From: Candidatus Latescibacterota bacterium
GTDB lineage: Bacteria > Latescibacterota > UBA2968 > UBA8231
NCBI GenBank assembly: GCA_965203175.1
Contig: OZ241867.1
Location: forward strand, 640,001 to 704,000
Length of the DNA: 64,000 nt
Direction: 5' to 3'
The position numbers and the translations under genes are program-made. The notes under the pieces are model-generated. The model was not told the DNA's origin. It saw only the letters and a list, made by a program, of their open reading frames with translations, and did no database searches. This document shows positions 36,313-44,701 of the stretch, piece by piece. How positions within the stretch are numbered: the first letter of the stretch is position 1; every line of letters begins with the position of its first letter.

Positions 36313-38303
36313 CAGTACACAACTCCTATGGTGCGAGTCTCGGCGAAGGACTCCACGGCTCCTTCGACCGCAACCCTGAGCAGATATAGCCCCACGGGCA
36401 CCAAGTGGCCAGCCGCATCGCGGCCATCCCAAGTGACAGTGTGCGGGCCTCGACCCCGATCCTCGCGGAAGGCGTACACGCGGCGGCCCGATAAGTCGAA
36501 GACCTCCAGCGTATTGGGAGCGTCGTTGAGAAGCTGGAGCAGGCTGTATTGAACGGTAATCCGGTCGTTCACTCCATCGCCATTGGGGGTTATCACCCGG
36601 GGACTGAAATCCGCGATGCGCAGCACGTCGTTCCGCGACTCGGGCGACGTGAGGACTTGCAGCTTGTTGGTCGTAACCTGCGAGTTGGGATCGTCTACGG
36701 GGCGCAAAGGGCGGGGCGGCGGCAAGACCGGCTGGGGCAATTCCTCGCTTTCAGTATCTAAGGCCTGGGCATTGAAAAACGTGGACTGCACGAGTAACTC
36801 GGCATCGAAAATCACCCGCAGCGAAGTTGGAGCGGCGATCCGGTTGTCCGGAAAATACAGCGTCAGGCCGTCGGACGCCTCTTCAACGGCACTAGGAGTG
36901 ACCAGACTCCGGCTGCTCTCGTCGGCACCCAGCAAAAGCTCGACAAAAGTCGGGCGCGTTGGCGTGATAATTTTCAGCGCGTCGATCCCCACATCCGCGT
37001 CGCGGACATCGGCCAACAGGTCGTACGCGAATCGGGAGGGCACGCCTACGGGCACCATGGCAAAACCGTCTTGGGGCGCGGGGTCGGCCAGCAGGGAAAT
37101 TTCGCCGAACAACCTCCGCGCCAAGGGGGGGGAGGCAATTTCCAAGGTCAGGTCGTCAACGCGGAGGCCGTCTGAGATCTGGCCGCTTTTCATGATGACG
37201 CGGAACTGGACGTAGCGCCTCGGGCTGGGCAACGCAACCGCCCGACCCGAAGCGGTGAACGGCTCCGACCAAGTGCTCCAATTTACCTGATCGGCCTCAA
37301 CGCCACCTTTGACATCAGCGGTCAGGGACTTATAGGCATCTTCGGTGACTACGGTTAGCTCGTTGAGAAACTTGTTGGTAATCTCGTAATAGACCTCTGG
37401 CGAATCGTCGAGTCCCGAGCGCATCTGAAAACTGAGCGAGACATCTGCTTGAGGCGTTGCGTCCCCAGTACTGAGGACGGACTGCTCTACCAAGTCGCCA
37501 CTGTCCGCATCAACCCGCAGCGCGACCGCGCTCCAGTTCAGGGTGCCGAAATTAGTGGGCTCACCGAGGTCGATAACCTTGGATAGGTACTCTCCCTTGG
37601 GCACGAAACCCGAGCCGTAGATTTCGATCTCGGCGATCTCAAAGGGGTTTTTCGACAGCACCCGCAGCGCGACGTAGCGGATGAACTGGTTGGGAAATTC
37701 GACCACGGCAATGCTGTCGCGGGAAAATTCCACCCGCTTCATAAGCTGATAGATGGGCTGGTTGTCTTCGCCGAATTCGAGGCCATTGTTGACGTATAGC
37801 TCGTAGCCCCGGATGTAATCCTCCCAATAGGGGATGCCCTTGTCGTCAACGCCCGTCAGACGCGGAAAGAATGCAATGCGGTTGACCGGAAAGCGGCTTC
37901 CTAAATCGAGGGAAAAACGCCGGCCCGTTTGGTTGGAGCCGAAGCGTTTGAAGCGATCCGCGGTGGAAGTGTTGGGGTCGCCATCCACGAGGGGAATATC
38001 CGATTCCTTGAGCGGGTAGTTATTCCAGATGTGGGCTTGGGGGCGCTCGGGGATGTACCCTTCTATGGGGAAGGCCGAAACCCACGTGAGGGCTTGGATG
38101 ATGTTATCCGTCGGCTCGAATCCGGCGATCTGGATCGCGCCGGGTACGCTGAAATCAATGGCCGTAGTGGCCCGAGCCTCGGATTGCCAGCTCCGATCAT
38201 CCTCGTTGATCCCCCACGTCCGCAACTCGGAATCGGCGCTGCTCCAAAAGATCACGACCAGCAGCGCGGCGCTGACTAGGGGTCGCCGTCTGGGTGCTCG
38301 CAA
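36312..38303 (-). CDS. Secreted protein with C-terminal FlgD-Ig/T9SS type-B-like domain, paralog A
   Basis: TTG start with RBS GAGGAG; LVDGDPNT, WSTWS, ITPNGDGVND...FDLSGRRV...WDGRD...VGLY; ends GVVY. Confidence 0.82.
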   Translation of the reverse strand: MRAPRRRPLVSAALLVVIFWSSADSELRTWGINEDDRSWQSEARATTAIDFSVPGAIQIAGFEPTDNIIQALTWVSAFPIEGYIPERPQAHIWNNYPLKESDIPLVDGDPNTSTADRFKRFGSNQTGRRFSLDLGSRFPVNRIAFFPRLTGVDDKGIPYWEDYIRGYELYVNNGLEFGEDNQPIYQLMKRVEFSRDSIAVVEFPNQFIRYVALRVLSKNPFEIAEIEIYGSGFVPKGEYLSKVIDLGEPTNFGTLNWSAVALRVDADSGDLVEQSVLSTGDATPQADVSLSFQMRSGLDDSPEVYYEITNKFLNELTVVTEDAYKSLTADVKGGVEADQVNWSTWSEPFTASGRAVALPSPRRYVQFRVIMKSGQISDGLRVDDLTLEIASPPLARRLFGEISLLADPAPQDGFAMVPVGVPSRFAYDLLADVRDADVGIDALKIITPTRPTFVELLLGADESSRSLVTPSAVEEASDGLTLYFPDNRIAAPTSLRVIFDAELLVQSTFFNAQALDTESEELPQPVLPPPRPLRPVDDPNSQVTTNKLQVLTSPESRNDVLRIADFSPRVITPNGDGVNDRITVQYSLLQLLNDAPNTLEVFDLSGRRVYAFREDRGRGPHTVTWDGRDAAGHLVPVGLYLLRVAVEGAVESFAETRTIGVVY

Positions 38304-38384
38304 GGCGTGTGCTCCTCTGGGATTTGTATTACTTCTTCAATTGACGGAATTTAATTCAACTTTTGCTAGGGAACAAATTTTAAA

Positions 38385-39896
38385 ATGACCCGGGAGAGCT
38401 TTCACAACGTCTTCGCCATCGATCTGCGCTCCCTCGCGCTCTTGCGCGTGGTCTTGGCCGCATTGGGCCTTATCGACCTCGTCATCAGGGCGGGGGACTT
38501 GGTGGCGTTCTACACCGACCAAGGGGCCTTTCCGCGCCAAGCAGCCCTCGAGTACTACCGCAGCAAGACGGTCATCTCGCTGCATCTGCTGAGCGGCGAC
38601 AGCGCGATTCAGACCGCGCTCTTCCTCGTCGCCGGTGTGGCCCTAGTGGCCTTGCTGTTGGGGTATCGCACTCGGATGGCCGCGTTTTGGGCGTTTGTCT
38701 TGTTGGCGTCCATACACGTGCGCACCCCACCTCTGCTCCAGGCTGGGGATACTTTATTGCGGGTGCTGTTCTTCTGGTCCCTCTTTCTGCCGCTGGGCGC
38801 TCGCTGCTCGCTGGACGCCGTCCTCAACCCGCGCCCTAGCCCGCCGAGCAGTCCGTCGCCACCCTTGGCGACGCATCGACATTTTTCCGTCGGCAGCGCC
38901 GCACTGCTCCTCCAAGTGGCCATGGTGTACGTGTGCAGTGCCCTGTTCAAAACCGGCGCTGAGTGGCGCGTCGATGGCACGGCCATTTACTACGCGCTCC
39001 AACTCGACTATATGGTGACTCCCGTTGGCGCGTGGCTGCGGCAGTGGAACGACCTGCTGCCGGTGCTGACTCGTCTCGTCTATTACTTTGAACTCATTGC
39101 CCCTTTCTTCCTCTTCTGCCCCGTATTTTCCACTGCGCTGCGCGGGCTGCTCCTGCCAGCTTTCGCCGTCATGCACTTGGCTTTTGGCCTGTGCCTGCAA
39201 ATCGGCCTCTTCCCCTGGGTCAGCGCGGCGGCCTTGATTCCCTTTATTCCGGCCGTGGCGTGGGACTGGCTGGGCCGGCGCATCGCCGCCAAAGGTGTGA
39301 GGCTCGGCGAATTCGCCCGCGCGTTCCTGCCCTTGCGTGACTCGTCCCATCAGACCGGCCGCATTGGCTCGGCTGCATGCGCGTTCTTTTTGCTCTACAC
39401 CGCAGCCTGGAACGCGGCGTCCCTGCCGCAAACGGCCTTTTCCATGCCCGCCTCGCTCAAGTGGATCGGCGAGTTGGTTCAGCTAGAGCAGACTTGGGAC
39501 ATGTTCGCGCCGCAGCCCTCGCAATCCAATGGCTGGTTCGTCATGCCCGGCCTCTTGGCGGATGGGACGGCCGTGGATGTGTACCGCCGGACCATATCGC
39601 CGCCTGAACGGAAGAAGCCCCGAGACGGCTCGGCTTATTTTGCCAATTATCGGTGGAGGAAATTCCTACTGACGCTGGCGCACAAGCAACACGAGAGCTA
39701 CCGATTCTACTACGGCCGCTACCTGTGCCAGCAGTGGAATGCCGGCCGCCGCGGCGACGAGCGGCTAAAGACCTTTAGCATCTATTTCGCCGAAGAAAAA
39801 ACCCTGCTATATCCGGCGGCCGAGCAGCCTGTCGAAGTGCTTTTGTGGCGTCACGACTGCTTCAAAAGGGCCGTGACCGTCCACCGTCCGCAATAA
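38385..39896 (+). CDS. HTTM-domain membrane protein (vitamin K-dependent carboxylase/SdpB superfamily)
   Basis: IDLRSLALLR, FYTDQG, LLLGYRTR, LPLGARCSLD, KTGAEWRVDGTAIYYAL, QTWDMFAP, RYLC..WN. Confidence 0.85.
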   Translation: MTRESFHNVFAIDLRSLALLRVVLAALGLIDLVIRAGDLVAFYTDQGAFPRQAALEYYRSKTVISLHLLSGDSAIQTALFLVAGVALVALLLGYRTRMAAFWAFVLLASIHVRTPPLLQAGDTLLRVLFFWSLFLPLGARCSLDAVLNPRPSPPSSPSPPLATHRHFSVGSAALLLQVAMVYVCSALFKTGAEWRVDGTAIYYALQLDYMVTPVGAWLRQWNDLLPVLTRLVYYFELIAPFFLFCPVFSTALRGLLLPAFAVMHLAFGLCLQIGLFPWVSAAALIPFIPAVAWDWLGRRIAAKGVRLGEFARAFLPLRDSSHQTGRIGSAACAFFLLYTAAWNAASLPQTAFSMPASLKWIGELVQLEQTWDMFAPQPSQSNGWFVMPGLLADGTAVDVYRRTISPPERKKPRDGSAYFANYRWRKFLLTLAHKQHESYRFYYGRYLCQQWNAGRRGDERLKTFSIYFAEEKTLLYPAAEQPVEVLLWRHDCFKRAVTVHRPQ

Positions 39897-39927
39897 AAAA
39901 GGGGACGAAGCGTGCGCCCCGTCCCCT
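39895..39927 (-). terminator. Intrinsic terminator of secreted paralog 2
   Basis: Minus strand GGGGACGGGGCG-CA-CGCTTCGTCCCC-TTTTTT. Confidence 0.8.
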
Positions 39928-39950
39928 GCAAAGCAACCTGCCAATAAGAT

Positions 39951-40880
39951 TCAATCGAGCAGACTATGCGTGCGGCTCTTGATCCGTCCCCAAGTGACGT
40001 TTTCCACCGCCGTATCAGCAGGTTCGTGCGTCAGAATCGTCTGGAAGTCGGCAGCTTGGTCGCCGTCGGCCTGCCCGTCGGATGCGCCACCTGCGTACCC
40101 GTACTGGCCAGCACCACCGCCGCCTTCCGGGTTATCGACGTCGTTGAGGCGCGGCGTCGTGTGGGTGACCTGGTCGGGCGCGAAGGTGTAGCGCTGGTTC
40201 AAATCACCGTCTGGACCAGCCGGATCGTACGAGGCCCACAAGGCCAGCTTTATCTCATAGGTGTACTCGACGTTGCTCGACCCGTGAGTAGCGTCTGGTG
40301 GGGTCAGTTGCGTAGCAGCCAAGCCCCAAGGTGGCTGCCCTCCCCAGTCGCCCTCGGGGAAGTCGCCCCCGCCTAGCATGCCGCCGTAGTCAATGCCAAA
40401 TTCATTGGTGGCCAGCGAGTTGACTACGATGCGATAGCCGTTTTGCGCCTCCTCGATATTTTCGTTCACCAAGATCGACCCGCCAGAGTGGTCGGCATCG
40501 ACCCCGATCATCATGGTGTCGTCGTCCCACCAGTTCCGCAGGTTGTCTCCCCAACTGCTCTTGAGGCTGTCGTCGGCCACCCGAGCAAAGAAGTAGAGGG
40601 CATTGTCTGGGGGCAGGCTCCAAGCCATGAAATAGCTCGCTTGATAGTCGTCGCCTTGCGCCCCTGGCCCCTGACCGGCGAATTGCCCAGCCCAAGCCTC
40701 AATGCCGTCGGGCCCTACGGCAAAGTCCCGGTCGAACCAACCCCAGTCGTCTTCCGAGCCATCTATGTTCATAGAAGCAGGATCGGGAACTGAGGGGAGG
40801 AAGAAAATTGCCCCGGTGTGAGCCGTGGCTGCGCCAGCGAGAGCCAGCGCTAAAAGCACTGCAAGGGCGGATGTTTTCAT
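39951..40880 (-). CDS. Secreted acidic CBM9/DOMON-like protein with TWGRIK tail, paralog 2
   Basis: Start ATG 40880 with RBS AAAGGAG; signal peptide; IDGSEDDW, FFARVADD, WWDDD..VDADHSGG; ends TAVENVTWGRIK. Confidence 0.85.
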   Translation of the reverse strand: MKTSALAVLLALALAGAATAHTGAIFFLPSVPDPASMNIDGSEDDWGWFDRDFAVGPDGIEAWAGQFAGQGPGAQGDDYQASYFMAWSLPPDNALYFFARVADDSLKSSWGDNLRNWWDDDTMMIGVDADHSGGSILVNENIEEAQNGYRIVVNSLATNEFGIDYGGMLGGGDFPEGDWGGQPPWGLAATQLTPPDATHGSSNVEYTYEIKLALWASYDPAGPDGDLNQRYTFAPDQVTHTTPRLNDVDNPEGGGGAGQYGYAGGASDGQADGDQAADFQTILTHEPADTAVENVTWGRIKSRTHSLLD

Positions 40881-40935
40881 CCTGAGCTCCTTTCTGCAAA
40901 CAACGGCTTGCTGCTTGCGCGAGATACCTCGTAAA

Positions 40936-40964
40936 TATCTATGTGTGGTGCAACGGGTTGTCAA
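40936..40964 (-). promoter_or_regulatory. Sigma70-like promoter of secreted paralog 2
   Basis: Minus strand TTGACA (40964-40959) - 17 nt - TAGATA. Confidence 0.55.
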
Positions 40965-40989
40965 GAAAAATTAACGCGAGGAACTCCAA

Positions 40990-42936
40990 GTGGCCGCCGA
41001 TCAGCAAAAAATCAACACGCCCTCACACCAGCCCCCCGGGCTGACCTTGCGGGCCTTAGTCCTCGGCTTGATCCTCTCGCTACTGGTCGGCGCGGTCGGG
41101 CCCTATCTCTCGCTGTATATCCAAGGAGCCAATGCCAGCAGCTATTTTACCAGCCAGATAGCCCTTTGCGTCTTGTTCGTCCTCATCGTCGGCTGTAACG
41201 GGATACTGGGGGCTATGCGGCGCACTTGGGTCTTGCAAAAGGGCGAGTTACTCGTCGTCTTCATCCTGACCAGCTTGGCCAACTCGACCCACATCTTGGT
41301 ACATCAGTGGGTGCCCGTAGTATCCAGTCCTTTATACTACGCCCGTTCCGAAAACAACTGGTTGGAACTGATCAATCCCCACATTCCCTCCTGGCTCGCG
41401 CCGCGCGATCCCGAAGCCATCCGCGCCTTTTTTGAAGGCACCGAAGGGGAAGCCGCGGGCATTCCCTGGCAGGTCTGGTTTGAGCCGATAGCAGGCTGGC
41501 TGCCCATGGTCGTGGCCATGCACGTGGCCACCCTGTGCCTAATGGTAATCCTGCGGCGGCGCTGGGTAGAGCACGAGCGGCTGATCTATCCGGTGATGCA
41601 GGTGCCCCTCGCCATGGTGCAAGACGACGAACGGGGGTCGCTCATCAAGCCGTTTTTCCGCAATCCAGTGATGTGGGTCGGCTTTGCCGTGTCTGCAATC
41701 ACCGGAGCCGTGGCCGGCCTGCACGCGTACTTTTCCTTTGTCCCGGCGGTGCAGTTGCACGCCAGCATCCCGCTTTTCGGCGGCGTCCGGCTGAGTTTTG
41801 CCACGCTGGGCTTTTTCTTTTTAATCCAACGCGAGGTGGCCCTCGGGCTGTGGGTATTCACCCTGCTCAACAACTTGCAGGAATTCGTCTATCAAGAGAT
41901 CGGCTGGGGGGTGAGTGCTGCGCCCGCGGTGAGCGTGTGGAGCTACGGCCTGCCCAGCCTCGTCCATCAGGGCATGGGGGCGATGATCGCGCTGGTCATC
42001 GGCGGCTTCTGGGTGGGCCGCGAGCACCTGTGGAACGTCTGTCGCAAGGCATTCGGCCGCGCGCCGGACGTCGATGACAGCGACGAGGTCCTGTCCTATC
42101 GCGCCGCAGTCTTCGGGCTACTGGGCAGCACCGGAGTCATGGTGTTGTGGCTGTGGAATTTGGGCATGCCGCCGTGGGGGGTCGCGGTCTTCTTGTTTTT
42201 CGCGCTGGTGATCTTCGTCGCTCTGACCCGGGTAATCGCCGAAGGAGGCGTCGCCCTAATCTACACTCCCATGGTCGCGGCCGACGCGGCCGTGTCAGCC
42301 GTTGGCACGTCGGCCTTTTTCGGGCCAGCGGGGTTGGTCGGCCTCGCTTTCACCCGCATCTTGGGCAATGACCTGCTCAATTTCGCCATGCCGCACGTGG
42401 CCAACGGACTAAAGCTGAGCGAGCAGATCGAAGGGCGGCGGCGACGGCTGTTCTGGGGCATGTTGGCGGCTATCCTGCTGGGCCTGGCCGGGTCGCTGTG
42501 GATGCTGCTGCACTTGGCCTACACCCACGGGGCGATCAACCTGCGGCCAGTGCATTTTATCTGGCTGCCGACCTATCTAGGGGATTATACGGCCGCGCGC
42601 ATCGCCAACCCCTCGGGGCCGTACTGGCTGGGCTGGTTCCACGCCGGGGTCGGCAGCACGGCCATGGGACTTTTGATGTTGGCGCGGCGTTACTGGGGCT
42701 GGTGGCCGCTGCATCCCATCGGCTTTCCCATCAGCTCTACCTTCCACTGGATGGCTTTCAACGCCTTTTTAGCTTGGCTTTTCAAGACGCCAATCCTGCG
42801 CTACGGTGGGGTAAACGCATACCGGACGGTGCGGCCGTTTTTTCTCGGGCTGGTGCTCGGGCAATTCGCCATCTACGGCGTGTTCTGGGTGATAGACGGT
42901 CTGACCGGCATGATCGGCAACGGCCTGTTCCTCTAG
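40990..42936 (+). CDS. DUF6785/DUF6784-like polytopic membrane protein (OPT-superfamily-like transporter)
   Basis: GLTLRALVLG, ILRRRWVEHERLIYP, TRVIAEGG, WWPLHPIGF, LRYGG..Y....PFFLGL..G; many TM helices. Confidence 0.8.
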   Translation: MAADQQKINTPSHQPPGLTLRALVLGLILSLLVGAVGPYLSLYIQGANASSYFTSQIALCVLFVLIVGCNGILGAMRRTWVLQKGELLVVFILTSLANSTHILVHQWVPVVSSPLYYARSENNWLELINPHIPSWLAPRDPEAIRAFFEGTEGEAAGIPWQVWFEPIAGWLPMVVAMHVATLCLMVILRRRWVEHERLIYPVMQVPLAMVQDDERGSLIKPFFRNPVMWVGFAVSAITGAVAGLHAYFSFVPAVQLHASIPLFGGVRLSFATLGFFFLIQREVALGLWVFTLLNNLQEFVYQEIGWGVSAAPAVSVWSYGLPSLVHQGMGAMIALVIGGFWVGREHLWNVCRKAFGRAPDVDDSDEVLSYRAAVFGLLGSTGVMVLWLWNLGMPPWGVAVFLFFALVIFVALTRVIAEGGVALIYTPMVAADAAVSAVGTSAFFGPAGLVGLAFTRILGNDLLNFAMPHVANGLKLSEQIEGRRRRLFWGMLAAILLGLAGSLWMLLHLAYTHGAINLRPVHFIWLPTYLGDYTAARIANPSGPYWLGWFHAGVGSTAMGLLMLARRYWGWWPLHPIGFPISSTFHWMAFNAFLAWLFKTPILRYGGVNAYRTVRPFFLGLVLGQFAIYGVFWVIDGLTGMIGNGLFL

Positions 42937-42938
42937 CG

Positions 42939-44534
42939 CTACGGAGTGGCGGGGATGCGGTTCACCCACAAGCTCACGCGGCCGAGGCGATCGGGCGGGG
43001 GAAAGGGCGGAAAGACGTGCATCCCACCGGCGACGATGTCGGGCCGGCCATCGCCGTCTAGATCGCCCAGATCCGTGGTGATGAAATGAGAGGGGTCGCG
43101 GGTAATGGCGTGGCGCGTGAAGCGCTGCTGGCCGTCGTTTTCCAGCCAGATCAATCCTTGGCGGGGCAAGTGCTCCCAGTAATTGGCCGTGCTGCTCATA
43201 AAGCAATTGGCCGCCACAATGTCCAAGTCGCCGTCCAAATCCAAGTCGGCAGCATTCGCCGAGTACGCTCCGTAGAACCGGGTGAGATCGTGGTACACAA
43301 AGCGCAACGCGCCCACGTTCTCCAGCCACTGCACCCCGTGATACGGCTTGGCATCCGTGCCGTCAAAACCGTCGCCGTTGGTAAACAAAATGTCGAGGTC
43401 GGCGTCCTGATCTAAATCGACCAACTCAATGCCCGACGAACCAAACGCCGGATTGCGCGCTTCAAACAAAACGTGCTCGGCAAACGCACCGCCGCCTTGG
43501 TTGATAAACGCGACGATCTCTTCAAACTCTTGGGTTATCAGAGCGACGATGTCGGGCTTGCCATCGCCATTGAGGTCGCCGATGGGCACGTGCGTGCAGC
43601 CGCTTTTGCTCGACAAGGTGTGGACCTTGTTGTGCGGGCTGCCCGTCACTTGCTCCAGCCACGCGACTTCGCCCGTGCGATACCAGCCAAACATGGCGAG
43701 CGCAAAGTCCCAGTCGCCGTCGCCGTCCAAGTCCGCAGGCCGCACATCCGCGATGCGGGGCATGTCCTTTAATACGACGATGGGCCTGAAGGACTCGCGG
43801 CCGTCGTTGACCAGCAGGACCACTTGTCCGAGGAGGTCGTCCGTGGGCATCAATTGGCCCAGCAGCGCGACGACGATGTCCAAGTCGCCATCGCCTTCAA
43901 AGTCAAACACCGCAGAGCGGGCCGGTGCCTTAAAGCCCGGCAGGGGAGTGCGCAACCCCGCGAGGACGGTTTCCTCCCAGCGGCCTCCTCGCTGGTGGAT
44001 CCAAGACAACAGGTGATACTGGGCGTCGCAAACCAAGACATCTGGTTTATGATCGCGGTTCAGATCCACGACGTTGACATTGGCGATCTTGGGCCACGAG
44101 GTCCATTCTTCGGGATCGAAATCCCGCACGGGCTGGCCGAGGACGTACTTCTGCAAGGACGGTGTGGGTTCTTCGGGGTCCGATGGCAAGACCGCGAAGG
44201 CTTCAGGGCTGTTTGCGACGTAGAAATCCAAGCATTCCTTTTTGTGCGCCTCGGATATGGCAGTCTCTTGTTGCTCCATCAAATCAAACATCAACTGCAT
44301 TTTTTGCGGCCACAGTTCCTGTGTCAGGACCTGTGGATGGGGCACGGCATGGCACATGCCGCAATAGGCCAAAACAGGTGGAGGGAGGGAGTCGGGGGCT
44401 GCGATTATGGGTGGATGCGCCGGCATGGGGATCGCGGGCGAGTGCAGAGCATCCCAGAGGCCGGCTTTCTTTATTCCAATAGCGAAAGCGACTAGGGCTA
44501 GGCCGGCCAGCAGGATTTGCATTAATTTTCTCAT
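42939..44534 (-). CDS. Monoheme cytochrome c + FG-GAP beta-propeller protein, copy 2
   Basis: N-terminal TM anchor, CGMCH, FG-GAP repeats nearly identical to 16425-17948. Confidence 0.85.
   Translation of the reverse strand: MRKLMQILLAGLALVAFAIGIKKAGLWDALHSPAIPMPAHPPIIAAPDSLPPPVLAYCGMCHAVPHPQVLTQELWPQKMQLMFDLMEQQETAISEAHKKECLDFYVANSPEAFAVLPSDPEEPTPSLQKYVLGQPVRDFDPEEWTSWPKIANVNVVDLNRDHKPDVLVCDAQYHLLSWIHQRGGRWEETVLAGLRTPLPGFKAPARSAVFDFEGDGDLDIVVALLGQLMPTDDLLGQVVLLVNDGRESFRPIVVLKDMPRIADVRPADLDGDGDWDFALAMFGWYRTGEVAWLEQVTGSPHNKVHTLSSKSGCTHVPIGDLNGDGKPDIVALITQEFEEIVAFINQGGGAFAEHVLFEARNPAFGSSGIELVDLDQDADLDILFTNGDGFDGTDAKPYHGVQWLENVGALRFVYHDLTRFYGAYSANAADLDLDGDLDIVAANCFMSSTANYWEHLPRQGLIWLENDGQQRFTRHAITRDPSHFITTDLGDLDGDGRPDIVAGGMHVFPPFPPPDRLGRVSLWVNRIPATP
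43331..43620. repeat. Direct repeat of 16841-17130
   Basis: About 94% nucleotide identity by manual alignment. Confidence 0.95.
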
Positions 44535-44701
44535 TAAGGAACGGGTCCTTACCGTAGAGACGGTCGTAGGGGATGCCCTGTTTAGTACACGCCCGCGCGG
44601 AATTCGCCAATTCGTCCGACTGCGAAACGTCCGTTATAAGATAGCTCGCAATGCTTCAGTCGTTGTCCAGTACGATAAGGTCGCCCAATCGAGGCAGGCA
44701 A

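Noticed and set aside
31874-38303. Flagellar hook-cap (flgD) genes
   Set aside because: Only the C-terminal Ig-like tail resembles FlgD; proteins have Sec signals and there are no flagellar genes
21510-39896. RiPP cluster (radical SAM + HTTM + TPR)
   Set aside because: No small precursor ORF or SPASM/RRE domain recognised; intergenic gaps too short
16841-43620. Diversity-generating retroelement TR/VR pair from the duplicated FG-GAP DNA
   Set aside because: Mismatches are mostly transitions in both directions, not adenine-specific; both copies are coding; no reverse transcriptase in the window
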